Shown: piece by piece, positions 12,999 to 24,122 of the stretch
Position numbering within the stretch: the first letter of the stretch is position 1
Layout of the letters: the number at the start of each line of letters is the position of its first letter
NCBI GenBank assembly: GCA_950097015.1
Contig: CATNEN010000001.1
Span: 17,732,001 to 17,796,000, forward strand
Reading direction: 5' to 3'
DNA length: 64,000 bases
Source of the DNA: Macrostomum hystrix
Lineage: Eukaryota > Animalia > Platyhelminthes
The notes under the pieces: generated by a model
Told to the model about the DNA's origin: nothing
The model's input: only the letters and a program-made list of their open reading frames with translations
The model's database searches: none
Made by a program: the position numbers and the translations under genes

Positions 12999-15900
12999 TG
13001 TACTGGAGCAATCCAAAAAAAGGCCGATAGCTAGTTAACGCATTTTAACGCTACCTTACTTAAATATGCATAACAAAATAAACCCTACACCGATATTGCA
13101 ACGCTCTAATGAGAAACAACACCGCAGCATAAAAACAAAACAAAGTACGGAACAATAACCAAAAAATAATACGACTCAAATAGTCTGCAATCTCGCACTC
13201 AACTGACAGTCCAACGATTTTAACACTCCAGTTCAAACAAAAAAAACTTCAGCCAGCTGAAATCGGGCACAACTTAGTTATTGGTCGCGTCATTGTGCGG
13301 TCACCGACTCTGATCGTGGCGACTCTCACGTGACCGTCGGGGCCGCGAGTCACCTCCAACACGCGAGCCAGCGGCCAATGACCTCGAGGCGAGTCCGGAC
13401 TCACGAGCAGCGCCACGTCTCCGGGCTGTAGATCAGGAAGCTCTCGGCGCCACTTGCTGCGCGGCGCGAGTCCCGGCAGCCACTCGCGCAACCACCGCCG
13501 CCAGACCTGCGCCACTAGCTGCTGAACATGTCGCCATCTTTTTGAAGGGCTGCGCGCGATGTCCACGTCCACCTCCGGAGCAAACTGCCCACCGCCTTGA
13601 CCGATGAGGAAGTGGTTTGGAGTCAGCGGAACGTCGTCGCTCGGATGGGCCGATTGGTAGGTCAGTGGTCTCGAATTTAACAGCGCTTCCGCTCCAGCAA
13701 CGGCACTCAGCAGCTCCTCGTCCGTGACGTCCGCCTCCTTCAACGTATTCCAAATAGCCTTCTTTGCCGCCTTTATCATTATTTCATGCACGCCGCCGAA
13801 GTGCGGAGCAGCGGGAGGATTGAAGTGCCATCGCATCTGCTGGTAGGCTGTCTGTTGCTGCAGCTTCTTGGTGTCCAACGCGTTGACCAGTTCCTGAAGT
13901 TCGCGCACAGCTCCGTACGCTTTCTCCGACGCATCCACAAACACGTGCAGACTGCCATTTTTTGCCTCTGCCTCCTCCAGCGCCCTCGGTAGTCGGATCT
14001 CACTCAGGTGTTTCAGGTCTCTGCACCAATCGCTCACTCTCGCTAAGAGGTCCGCATTCAGCGTTTCGTCCCAATCAAGACCACACTGCCACAGCTCCTG
14101 CATCAACATTTTTGCTTGCACAAAAAATGGAGAAATCAAACCAAGCGGATCAAAGACGCTCGCCAGCTTCTTCAACAGACTTCTCTTGGTGGTCACCTGA
14201 CACGCATCTAATTCTTGCTTAAACGTGAATTCGTCTTGCTCACTCTGCCAAGTGACACCTAATGTCTTGGTGCTCGGGAGTTCTCTGCTGTCTAAGGTCA
14301 CCTCAGCTGCTCGATCGTCCGGCGGCACTTGCTTGAGCACAGCTCTTGAATTCGACACCCACTTGCGCGCATGCATGCCGGCGCGTCTCCATAACTCTCT
14401 GAGCTGCTCGTACAACCGGCAGGCAGCGGCCTCGTTGGGTGCTGAGTCGAGACTGTCGTCCATGTATGTTGAGTGCAACACTGTCTCTGCCGCCTCCGGT
14501 AGCTCGCTTTTCAGTTTCTCGGCATGAGAGCGGATGACGAATTGTGCTAAGAACGGCGAGCTCGTGACTCCGAACACTACTCGATTGAACTCGTAGACAT
14601 CCGGCGGCCTGGAAGCGTCGGCATCCCGCCACAGGAAACTGTGCAGCGGCCTGTCCTTGGGCTCCATCTCGATTTGCAGGTACATCTCCGCGACATCGCA
14701 TGCGATCGCGATGGGAAATCGACGGAACCGAAGCAGAACTTCCACCAGGTCGCGCTGCAGCTTGGGACCCTGGAGGATCTGGTCATTCAATGCGGCAGCT
14801 GACGCGTCGAACACAATCCGCACTTTTGTTGTCGCCTTATCCGGCCGCGGCACCGGGAAATGTGGCAGAAAACAGCGTTCTTCGTTCTCAGCTTGCGCAA
14901 CCTTCCGGACATAGCCTTGCTGCACGTACTTGTCGATCACGGCTTGATACTGTCTGCGAATTTGCATGTCCTTCATCAGTCGCTGTTCGGTGTTATTCAA
15001 CCGCTTCAAGGCCATCGGAAAAGTGTCTTTCGGACACAGACGTTTTTCCTTCCAGGGAATCCCGATCTGGTAGCGCCCATTACTATACTGCAACGATGCC
15101 TTAGCTTGATTGATGGCTTTCTCCTCGTCAGACGTCAATGGATTTCGGCTGTTCTCATCCGCGACGTTCTCGATCTCCCAAAACTGTCTGAGGATGCTGG
15201 ACACCTGACTGCTCTCGGTTTCGCAGCTGAAGAACGTGGTGGCGAAATGGGTGCTCTGCCTTTTTGAGCTTAACGTCTGCTCTGTGCGACCGATGCACGT
15301 CCACCCCAGCGGTGTGAGGCGAGCTTTCGGCTCCCATGGCTGTCCGACAACCTCTTCGAGTGACACGTGAAAATCCGGGTAATCCGCTCCGATCAGCAGG
15401 TCCACGACAGCTGGTTCACAGAGCTTGGGAAACGGCACGTCCCGGAGATGCGGCCACCACTGCCCCAGCTCGCGCCAGTTGACGCCTTTGAGGGATCCCG
15501 TCACGTGATCTGCAGTGAAGGCGGTGAGCTCAGTGGATGCACGACCGTCCATGCTTTCCACGGTGAAGCTGATCGGGGCTGTCATGAACGTCTCCGATTG
15601 ACCGTTGATCACGCCTACCTCGACCTTCTCGAGAGCTCCCTGCAGTCCTAGCGCTTGCGCGATCCCGACGTTGATGTAGCTCCTAGTGCTGGCGTCATCC
15701 AGCAGCGCGTTCACCTCCAGCTTCCGCGCCCCGTGTCTCAGGACTACTGGCACTGTTCGAAGTGAGACGTCGCTCTTGCTGGCCGACAGCAGCGTCACGG
15801 AACCGGCTTGTTTCGAACTGTTCGACCCGGCGACCTCGCCCGGCTTGGCGTCTGACGGCTTGGCTTGGTTTCGCTTGGCTTGGCTAGGCTCGACGAGATC

Positions 15901-17694
15901 GATGGTGGCTTTGTGTTTGTCAGCGTGCAGCAAGCGATGATGGAATTTCGAGCAGTTGTCGATGCCGCATTGTCGGCTGCGCCTGCACTTACTGCTCACA
16001 TGGCCTTGGCCTAAGCACCTGAAGCAGGCCTTCGAGCGCTGCGCAGCCTCCCAGCGCTTGTTCACCGGAAGCTTCTTGAACTCGCTGCAGGACCACAACT
16101 CGTGGTCACCTTGGCACACCATGCAACTTTTCGACTGCCCTTTTTTCTCACTCACGGCGCTATGAAATGTCTTCGGTCGTTGATCCCGCGCTCCGCGGTG
16201 GATGGACTTCTGGCTCTCTAGGTGAGGCGTGGCAACGCCCTGCACGATTTCCAACGCTTCGGTCTGAAATTCCGCTTCTTGCAGCACCCACATCCGAAGA
16301 TTCCTGACACTTTCCTGCTTCCGTTGCTCAAAGATCCACCTCCGATAGTGGGAAACCATTTGCTCGGGCAGTTTCTTCTGCAGTCTGACATACAGCATTC
16401 CATCTTGCAGCTCAGTGTCCTTTCCAGCCTCTTCTAAATTAATCACGGCTATATCCAGCAAATTTGCAAAACTTTTCAGATCTTTAGTGTTTCCGTAGCG
16501 CACAGCAGGAAAGTTATCCAACTCCTCCAAGTGCAAGGCGAGTTGCCGGCGTTTTCCACCGAACTCTCTATCAAGTCTTTCCTTGGCCGCCTCATATGCC
16601 GTCGCTGAGTGCCCTAAGTGCTCGATGACCTTCAATGCCTCACCTTGTAGGTACTGCCTGAGTTGCAGCAGTTTAAACTCGGGCGTAGCGGGGACGCTAT
16701 CAATGCACGCCACAAAAGCTGCCTTCCAGTTCTCGTAACTCTGCTTGTCCCCACTGAACGTTGGGATTTCAACACGCTTTAACATCTTCCACAGGTCCTT
16801 GGAGATCTCCTTGGGGTGCGACGCCTTGCTGGACGCAGCGCTAACAGAAAGTCTGTCTAACTCACCAACTGCTTCGTCTTGGTTTGCAGCAGCGTCTTCG
16901 GCATTTGCCCTCGCAGCAGGAGGCGCTTCTTGTTCGCGTTGCGCTTGACGGCCCCTGGCAGATTCGACGCGTTGAATCGCAGCCTGGTAGTCGCGCTCCA
17001 TCTCCTCCATCTCGTCGAGCAGACGCTGTCGCCTCTCGTCGTCCTTTGTGCTCACGTAGCCTTCGTAAAGCTGTTCCTGAATGGTGCTGACTTGCTCCTG
17101 CAGATCCGACAGGTTGTCACAGGCTTCTTGCACTTCGTCGTCAGAAGCGCGTTTCTGTAGCAGCCATGATAGCTTGCTCTTACACCGAGTTAGCGTTGCC
17201 TTTCTTCTGGACTTCTCAAAGCGCAGCTTCTCCAAATGCAGCGCGCGATCATCTTCTTGTTCGTCCTGCTGCGGTGGAATGGCGTTGTCGTGTTCCATCG
17301 TGGCCTCTGGTTGCACAGTAGTTGTTGTTTATTCAGCGTGGAAACTTAGGCCTTACCCAACCACGCTCTGCTACCAAAATAATGTACTGGAGCAATCCAA
17401 AAAAAGGCCGATAGCTAGTAGCCAATTATGCTGTGCTCAAAACGGTAGGCAAATCGCGCTAACCAACCAGTTGAACCGGAGGGGGGAGCCTCCACACGTT
17501 TATTATATAATTCAGTGCAAATAGGCTAAAACGGAGGGGGTGGGTGGACGATGCCACTGCACAATGCGAACGAGGGTTAGAGAAACAAGGTGAGTGCGCA
17601 GAGTGGAAGCGGGCGTACAGTAATTGTAAATAAGGTAGATTTAAATAAGCATACAGCGAGTCAGCGACCAATCATACCACCTGCCTCCCGAACA
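12999..17694 (-). mobile_element. BEL/Pao LTR retrotransposon, deleted copy
   Basis: 5-bp TSD ATTGG at 12994-12998 and 17695-17699. 5' LTR 17694-17383 (TG...CA). PBS TGGTAGCAGAGCGTGG (initiator-Met tRNA type) at 17376-17361. 3' LTR reduced to ~38 bp (12999-13036). Confidence 0.95.
13249..17316 (-). CDS. BEL/Pao Gag-Pol polyprotein with an in-frame deletion from RNase H into integrase
   Basis: 1355-aa ORF (first ATG ~17298). DUF1759-like gag, three CCHC knuckles, protease LLDDAS, RT YMDD. RNase H start FVDASEKAYGAV is joined to integrase RELQEL...PPAAPHFGG, then a DUF5641-like C-terminus. Confidence 0.9.
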   Translation of the reverse strand: MQPEATMEHDNAIPPQQDEQEDDRALHLEKLRFEKSRRKATLTRCKSKLSWLLQKRASDDEVQEACDNLSDLQEQVSTIQEQLYEGYVSTKDDERRQRLLDEMEEMERDYQAAIQRVESARGRQAQREQEAPPAARANAEDAAANQDEAVGELDRLSVSAASSKASHPKEISKDLWKMLKRVEIPTFSGDKQSYENWKAAFVACIDSVPATPEFKLLQLRQYLQGEALKVIEHLGHSATAYEAAKERLDREFGGKRRQLALHLEELDNFPAVRYGNTKDLKSFANLLDIAVINLEEAGKDTELQDGMLYVRLQKKLPEQMVSHYRRWIFEQRKQESVRNLRMWVLQEAEFQTEALEIVQGVATPHLESQKSIHRGARDQRPKTFHSAVSEKKGQSKSCMVCQGDHELWSCSEFKKLPVNKRWEAAQRSKACFRCLGQGHVSSKCRRSRQCGIDNCSKFHHRLLHADKHKATIDLVEPSQAKRNQAKPSDAKPGEVAGSNSSKQAGSVTLLSASKSDVSLRTVPVVLRHGARKLEVNALLDDASTRSYINVGIAQALGLQGALEKVEVGVINGQSETFMTAPISFTVESMDGRASTELTAFTADHVTGSLKGVNWRELGQWWPHLRDVPFPKLCEPAVVDLLIGADYPDFHVSLEEVVGQPWEPKARLTPLGWTCIGRTEQTLSSKRQSTHFATTFFSCETESSQVSSILRQFWEIENVADENSRNPLTSDEEKAINQAKASLQYSNGRYQIGIPWKEKRLCPKDTFPMALKRLNNTEQRLMKDMQIRRQYQAVIDKYVQQGYVRKVAQAENEERCFLPHFPVPRPDKATTKVRIVFDASAAALNDQILQGPKLQRDLVEVLLRFRRFPIAIACDVAEMYLQIEMEPKDRPLHSFLWRDADASRPPDVYEFNRVVFGVTSSPFLAQFVIRSHAEKLKSELPEAAETVLHSTYMDDSLDSAPNEAAACRLYEQLRELWRRAGMHARKWVSNSRAVLKQVPPDDRAAEVTLDSRELPSTKTLGVTWQSEQDEFTFKQELDACQVTTKRSLLKKLASVFDPLGLISPFFVQAKMLMQELWQCGLDWDETLNADLLARVSDWCRDLKHLSEIRLPRALEEAEAKNGSLHVFVDASEKAYGAVRELQELVNALDTKKLQQQTAYQQMRWHFNPPAAPHFGGVHEIMIKAAKKAIWNTLKEADVTDEELLSAVAGAEALLNSRPLTYQSAHPSDDVPLTPNHFLIGQGGGQFAPEVDVDIARSPSKRWRHVQQLVAQVWRRWLREWLPGLAPRSKWRRELPDLQPGDVALLVSPDSPRGHWPLARVLEVTRGPDGHVRVATIRVGDRTMTRPITKLCPISAG

Positions 17695-17919
17695 ATTGGG
17701 TCTTGCAAGCTCGACAACCATACCCTTTATCAGGTGCCTTAGGAGCATTATTTTCTATTAGTTTTTGCTTGCTGCTTTTATTGATAATCTTACTGACAGC
17801 CAACACAATATATACGGCTTGGCATTCAGACGTTTGCCCAGAATCCAACACGTTTTCTAGAAACTAATTGTAAAACGACACATTCGCATAGATATGGAAG
17901 AGACATTATGCTTTATCTC

Positions 17920-18283
17920 GAGCTGCGTGAGGCTTGAAGAAGTATCTTTCGTGACGAAGCGACTGTCGTTGAGCAGCGCGTAGGACGAGTGTCCGTCGAA
18001 CTGGGCGCCCTCCTCAGTCCACTGCAAGTTCGCACTCTCCAGTCGATAGCTGCTGCTCGAAGCACGCTCACCGTTCTGACACACCAGGTTGCTGAATCTG
18101 TTGCTCCCACCTGCCAGCCACACACCGACCAACTGAGCGTTGAGCAGCGAGGCGTCGCAGCTCGCCAACGACTTGGCGCGATACACCGAGCACTGCTGCA
18201 GCTCGCAGATGATGTAGGCAGGCGAGATGCTAGGACAGCCAAGACACAAAGGCAAGGCTAAGGCTAATATGACAGTGTTTCAT
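17920..18283 (-). pseudogene. PAN/LamG family copy 3, pseudogene
   Basis: Own frameshifted signal peptide (MKHCHISLSLAFV/LAVLASRLPTSSASCS). Internal deletion between two TGCAGCAG octamers. Homology ends after NDSRFVTKDTSS. Confidence 0.8.
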
Positions 18284-18799
18284 TTTAGATAGAATTATAT
18301 AGAATATGTTTATCGTTTGTTAGGATTTTCTAACGATGTCTAGCAGGTTGTAGAGTCGCAGTTTTATGGCTATTGGAGTTGGTGGGATTATGGCATTTGG
18401 CAATGCGAATAAAATTGCGTTGCTTGGTTTGTTAGTCGCGCCTGGCTGCTCTGCTCAAAAGCACTGGCCCCTTTTGAGCAGATACCTTTTGCATAAATTA
18501 TTAGCTCAGCTGGGCAAACCACCACCTGTATATCCCCACCGTCTAACGGCATGGTGGAAGCGAGTGGCAGTTGCAATGGAAAGGTTTTTTCTCCCACTTT
18601 GCTCAGTCAAGCAGCCAGTCTGGAGTGCCCTCATAAGTCTGGATCGATGGAAATAGCCAATACCTGAGTCTGGCGCTCTATTTTAGGGCTGCCAGTCATG
18701 CGGGCATTTTATCTCTTATTGTTCTGCGTTTTTACAGTCCCGGATTATTACTGAATTCTCCTCAGGGGAAATACCACTGGGCTATTTCAAGATAGCTTT

Positions 18800-18960
18800 C
18801 AAACCGAATGACCGATTTTCGTGAAAATTCCACAATCTAAATCAAATTGTTCCCCACCTTTATGATGAACCAACTTTCAAAGCCGTCCGACTTCAGCATC
18901 ACTGAGATTATCAGCGATTCCTGTCGAAGAACTTGGCGGCAAGGACACAGTGCTCTGTAC
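18800..18960 (+). repeat. Dispersed repeat related to ~47030-47185 (reverse); a related block occurs at ~26462-26560 and ~46787-46880
   Basis: Shared AAACCGAATGACCGATTTTCGT and GATGAACC(A/G)ACTTTCAAAGCCGTCCGA; shared CATCGTCGAGATATTCA(A/G)CGATT core. Confidence 0.7.
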
Positions 18961-19029
18961 AAAACTCTATGGCAAATCCTAATTAATTAATAAATGAAAA
19001 GAAGTTGTGTCAGTGTGAAAAACTGTACT

Positions 19030-20855
19030 TCCACTGACACCACTGACACCCATCCCTGACACCGACCCCTGAGAACCAACCCTGACACCCACCACTGAAA
19101 CTCACCACTGAAACTCACCAATGACACCAACCCCTTCACACCCACAACTGACACCCACCCCCTGACAACCAACCCTGACACCCACCCCTTCACACCCATG
19201 CCTGACACCCACCCTGACACCCAACCCTACCACTAAGCCATCTCACCCTTCCCTAAGACCGACCTCTCACACACATACATGGCACCGAACCCGACACCCA
19301 CCCTAACACCCACCCTAACACCCACCCCTAACACCAACCCCTGACACCAACCCCTGACACAACCCCTAACACCAACCCCTAACACCAATTTCTGACACCA
19401 ACCCCTGACACCAACCCCTGACACCAACCCCTGACGCCTACCCCTAACACCCACCCCTGACACCAACCCCTGACACCAACCCCTGACACCAACCCCTGAC
19501 GCCTACCCCTAACACCCACCCCTGACACCAACCCCTGACACCAACCCCTGACGCCTACCCCTAACACCCACCCCTGACACCCACCCCTGACACCAACCCC
19601 TGACACCAACCCCTGACACCAACCCCTGACACCAACCCCTGACACCACGACTGACGCCTACCCCTAACACCTACCCCTAACACCCACCCCTGACACCAAC
19701 CCCTGACACCAACCCCTGACACCAACCCCTGACGCCTACCCCTAACACCCACCCCTGACACCAACCCCTGACACCAACCCCTGACACCAACCCCTAACAC
19801 CCACCCTAACACCAACCCCTGACACCAACCCCTGACGCCTACCCCTAACACCCACCCCTGACACCAACCCCTGACACCACGACTGACGCCTACCCCTAAC
19901 ACCCACCCCTGACACCAACCCCTGACACCAACCCCTGACGCCTACCCCTAACACCCACCCCTGACACCCACCCCTGACACCAACCCCTGACACCAACCCC
20001 TGACACCAACCCCTGACACCACGACTGACGCCTACCCCTAACACCCACCCCTGACACCAACCCCTGACACCAACCCCTGACACCAACCCCTGACGCCTAC
20101 CCCTAACACCCACCCCTGACACCAACCCCTGACACCAACCCCTGACACCAACCCCTAACACCCACCCTAACACCAACCCCTGACACCAACCCCTGACGCC
20201 TACCCCTAACACCCACCCCTGACACCAACCCCTGACACCAACCCCTGACACCAACCCCTGACACCAACCCCTGACACCAACCCCTGACACCACGACTGAC
20301 GCCTACCCCTAACACCCACCCCTGACACCAACCCCTGACACCAACCCCTGACACCAACCCCTGACGCCTACCCCTAACACCCACCCCTGACACCAACCCC
20401 TGACACCAACCCCAGACACCAACCCCTAACACCCACCCTAACACCAACCCCTGACACCAACCCCTGACGCCTACCCCTAACACCCACCCCTGACACCAAC
20501 CCCTGACACCAACCCCTGACACCAACCCCTGACACCAACCCCTGACACCAACCCCTGACACCACGACTGACGCCTACCCCTAACACCCACCCCTGACACC
20601 AACCCCTGACACCAACCCCTGACACCAACCCCTGACGCCTACCCCTAACACCCACCCCTGACACCAACCCCTGACACCAACCCCTAACACCAATTTCTGA
20701 CACCAACCCCTGACACCAACCCCTGACACCAACCCCTGACGCCTACCCCTAACACCCACCCCTGACACCAACCCCTGACACCAACCCCTGACACCAACCC
20801 CTGACACCAACCCCTGACACCAACCCCTGACACCAACCCCTGACACCACGACTGA
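19030..20855. repeat. C-rich 13-bp satellite (ACCCCTGACACCA) with CCCTAA-containing variants
   Basis: Tandem array with recurrent variant blocks GACGCCTACCCCTAACACCCACC and CACGACTGA. Confidence 0.95.
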
Positions 20856-21999
20856 TAATACGAGGCGAGTTATATCGCTGAAGTAATTATTTAATGTTTT
20901 TTTTATGACTCTTAAAATACACTGCTGTCCAACAGCCTTCTGACTAAGAAAAAATCAAAAGAAAAAAATGTGTATTAACTACTGAAAACTAGCAGAAATC
21001 ACCGCTTCTTGGAAAGCTTCCACTATTTTTCTCACGCTATCGACAAACATTGTTGCTGATTAATAGACTTCATTATTTTTTTAACTACAAAAATGAACAA
21101 GCAGGCGTTAAAGTACCAACAAATCGAATTAAGGGTGCAATTAATTTATTAATATACGAGTATATTGTTTAATATTTCAACAGCTGTAACCCGCACGGCA
21201 GTAGCTCTATCAAAGCTCTATCAGACTAAGCAAAATACGCTCGTACGCAATGCACTTGCCTTCTGCTGTGAATTTCAGCACAACTGGCTCAAAGCAGTTT
21301 TTCAAAGTCTAGCGATACATTTTCGGAGCATTAGTTTATAAGGCCATTTCAACAGACTGCTAAATAGAATAGTTGCACTTGCTTCTGCGTAGGAGGCATG
21401 TTTATCTACGTATTGAATAGCTGAATGTCGTGCAATTTACGCCCTTGAGGAACAATGAGAGTGTACACTGCCTGACGATGAGAAATTCAAGGCAGATGGA
21501 CACACCTGTGTGAGTATGTACTTGCAGGGTTGAAGAGTGAATGGAAGGAAAACAACACTCGTTATATTAAAACTGAACGATGTAAACTATTGTCATTTCC
21601 TGATAAAAATAAGCAGCTACAGAGTTTAAGCTCGAGTAACAGGCAGTTTAGTTGTTAAATCGGCTTGGAGATTTCGCTGCGTGTTCGAATTTAATGACAG
21701 TTGAATAATAAATTATAAGGCGCTCCATATAGCATGGCTGAACTACGGAATTCAAGTGGACGGGCGGAAGGAGGGAGGGGAGAGAGAAGAGACAGAGAAA
21801 CAAGCCTTCCCAATGTGACCTGCCTGTGCGCTCGTACAGTAAACGGAGACGGAAACGCCAAACACCCCCGCCACTAGCGTGCTTATTTCATAGCTTCTCT
21901 CAGTACAGGCATGCCATATTCACATGCAGCTCCGTCACCCCGGGCTCTGTTTAAAGCGTTAGCGAGGCCGCAAGCGATTTGGCTGGAATTGCCTGTAAT

Positions 22000-22485
22000 A
22001 TGCAGCAGCAGCAGCAGCAGCAGCAGCAGCCGAGCTCCATCAGTGACGAGCAGCTGGAACTACTGGTGAAGTCCAGCATGGCGGCTACCGAGTTCTCTTA
22101 CTCGCCCTACAGCAAGTACAAGGTGGGGGCCGCGTTACTGACGGGCCCGCCGGAGGCCACCATCGTCACTGGCTCCAACGTGGAGAACTGCGTCTACCCT
22201 GACGGCTGTTGCGCTGAGAAGACCGCCTTCGTGAAGGCAGTCTCATCCGGCCACCGGAAGTTCCAAGCGCTGGCGGTCACCATCGCCGTTGACAGCGAAG
22301 ATTATCCAAGGATGTGCGGCTCCTGCAGGCAGATTGTCGCCGAGTTCTGCGACGACCAGTTCCCTATCTACCTGGTGCGCTTCAAGCACAAAGACTACCG
22401 GCTTGTTCGGCTGGCAGACTACCTCCATGATGCTTTCCGACCCAGCGTGCTACTGAGCGACCAGAGCCCCAGCAGTTCAAAATAA
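22000..22485 (+). CDS. CDA: Cytidine deaminase (homotetrameric CDA type), intronless, N-terminal polyQ
   Basis: ATG at 22000. Motifs SPYSKYKVGAALL, GSNVEN, CAEKTA, MCGSCRQ (three Zn-binding Cys plus catalytic Glu) and YLHDAF. Confidence 0.92.
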   Translation: MQQQQQQQQQPSSISDEQLELLVKSSMAATEFSYSPYSKYKVGAALLTGPPEATIVTGSNVENCVYPDGCCAEKTAFVKAVSSGHRKFQALAVTIAVDSEDYPRMCGSCRQIVAEFCDDQFPIYLVRFKHKDYRLVRLADYLHDAFRPSVLLSDQSPSSSK

Positions 22486-23039
22486 CAACATGTCTCTGTT
22501 GAGTATGAGCATCGAGTTGTCATCAAAGATAATCGTATTTTTGAAAAATCTCCTGATTCATTTTATTTACGCATGAGATGAAATTCTCAATTTTTCATCT
22601 TTCTGAAGACATTATTTTGTCTACAAAAAGGTGTCACATCGCGATGAATGTGCATTAACCAGTGCGGCCGATCATTCATTATGTAACAAATACAACTCGC
22701 AAGCCTCAATACTTGTATAGTTTTATCTTTTTAAAAGTCGTATGAGCCAAAAACGCATGCTATGCACATCGACAGAAAGTCTGCATTATCATCTACTTAA
22801 TTTCGCAATTCTTTCATTGATACTCTGCTTTGAAAAGTTTCTCAGCATTTTTCTTACAATATTTGCTTTTTAATAATTGCCTGAATAAAACAATGAAAAC
22901 AAAGAATTGCACTTTAAAGGCTTCAAAAACTTCGGTTGCTTATTTTTTTTAAGAAACATCATGCTCAGTTTTCATATTACCAGATTACCACAACCCAGTT
23001 TTCAACTTGGGCTGCAATATAGAGCAAGTGACGACCAGT

Positions 23040-24122
23040 CTATGGTAGCACCTGGAAGAAGTCACGAACCTCCTCCTCAGTGAGGGATGCGTTGGCGATG
23101 GCCACAGCCCGCACCACTCCCTTGAGGAAGGCACCTCCAAAAGCGAACCTGCGACCAACTGAAACCATAAAGCAGGACGACCAAGGGGCCACCCATCGGT
23201 TGAAGTTGATGGCTCCAACGAAGCTACTATTGAAGTAGAAGTCTGAGCTTGAAGCATTTGTTGATACCGAGACAGCAACATCAATCCAAGCGTCTCTACT
23301 CGCAGGCAATAGCTCTAAGTTTGAGTACATAAGAAAATTGCTTGCCGTTGTTGTGAAACTAGCCTTGTTAAAGTACATTTGATTGGCGGCTGAGTATTCC
23401 CAAAAGTGGGGGCCAAAAATCTCAACTGGATTGAAGCAGGACACGGCCTCCATGAAGGGCTGGACCCTCGGCTCCCTCTTCAGCCTCATCAGCCACGTAA
23501 AACCAGAAAAAGGGTCGGTCGAGACGAAGCGACTGTCGTTGAGCAGCGCGTAGGACGAGTGTCCGTCGAACTGGGCGCCCTCCTCAGTCCACTGCAAGTT
23601 CGCACTCTCCAGTCGATAGCTGCTGCTCGAAGCGGGCTCACTGCTCTGACACACCAGGTTGCTGAATCTGTTGCTCCCACCTGCCAGCCACACACCGACC
23701 AACTGAGCGTTGAGCAGCGAGGCGTCGCAGCTCGCCAACGACTTGGCGCGATACACCGAGCACTGCTGCACCGAGCCGTCGACTGCGGCCTGATCGCTGC
23801 TGCTCGACTGGCCTCCCATCGGCTTTGCTCCACTCGCCTGCATCATGCGACACACATGCTGGTAGTGGAAGATCGAGCACACACCTGTCTGCTTGTTCCA
23901 CTGAAGCACGAGGTCGTCAGGTGTGCCGCTCGCTTTCAACACGCAGCCATGCAGGCTTTGCAGCGAGTTCCACCGAGTCATCGCCGAGCTGTCGTCGATG
24001 CACTGCATCATCCGGTACTGGCACCAGCGCCTGCTGCAGCTCGCAGTCAAACTGAACAAGAAAGCTGAGGCATTCAGCGCGATGAATCCGAATAGCCGGC
24101 AAAAATATTCGAATCTCAACAT
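23040..24122 (-). CDS. PAN/LamG family copy 4; original ATG (25719) separated by a foldback insertion, replacement ATG at 24122
   Basis: Open frame MLRFEYFCRLFGFIALNASAFLFSLTASCSRRWC... to a stop at 23040. Core near-identical to copy 1; C-terminus divergent. Confidence 0.7.
   Translation of the reverse strand: MLRFEYFCRLFGFIALNASAFLFSLTASCSRRWCQYRMMQCIDDSSAMTRWNSLQSLHGCVLKASGTPDDLVLQWNKQTGVCSIFHYQHVCRMMQASGAKPMGGQSSSSDQAAVDGSVQQCSVYRAKSLASCDASLLNAQLVGVWLAGGSNRFSNLVCQSSEPASSSSYRLESANLQWTEEGAQFDGHSSYALLNDSRFVSTDPFSGFTWLMRLKREPRVQPFMEAVSCFNPVEIFGPHFWEYSAANQMYFNKASFTTTASNFLMYSNLELLPASRDAWIDVAVSVSTNASSSDFYFNSSFVGAINFNRWVAPWSSCFMVSVGRRFAFGGAFLKGVVRAVAIANASLTEEEVRDFFQVLP

Noticed and set aside
19030-20855. 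True interstitial telomere
   Set aside because: CCCTAA occurs only as isolated variants of a 13-bp unit, never as tandem hexamers.
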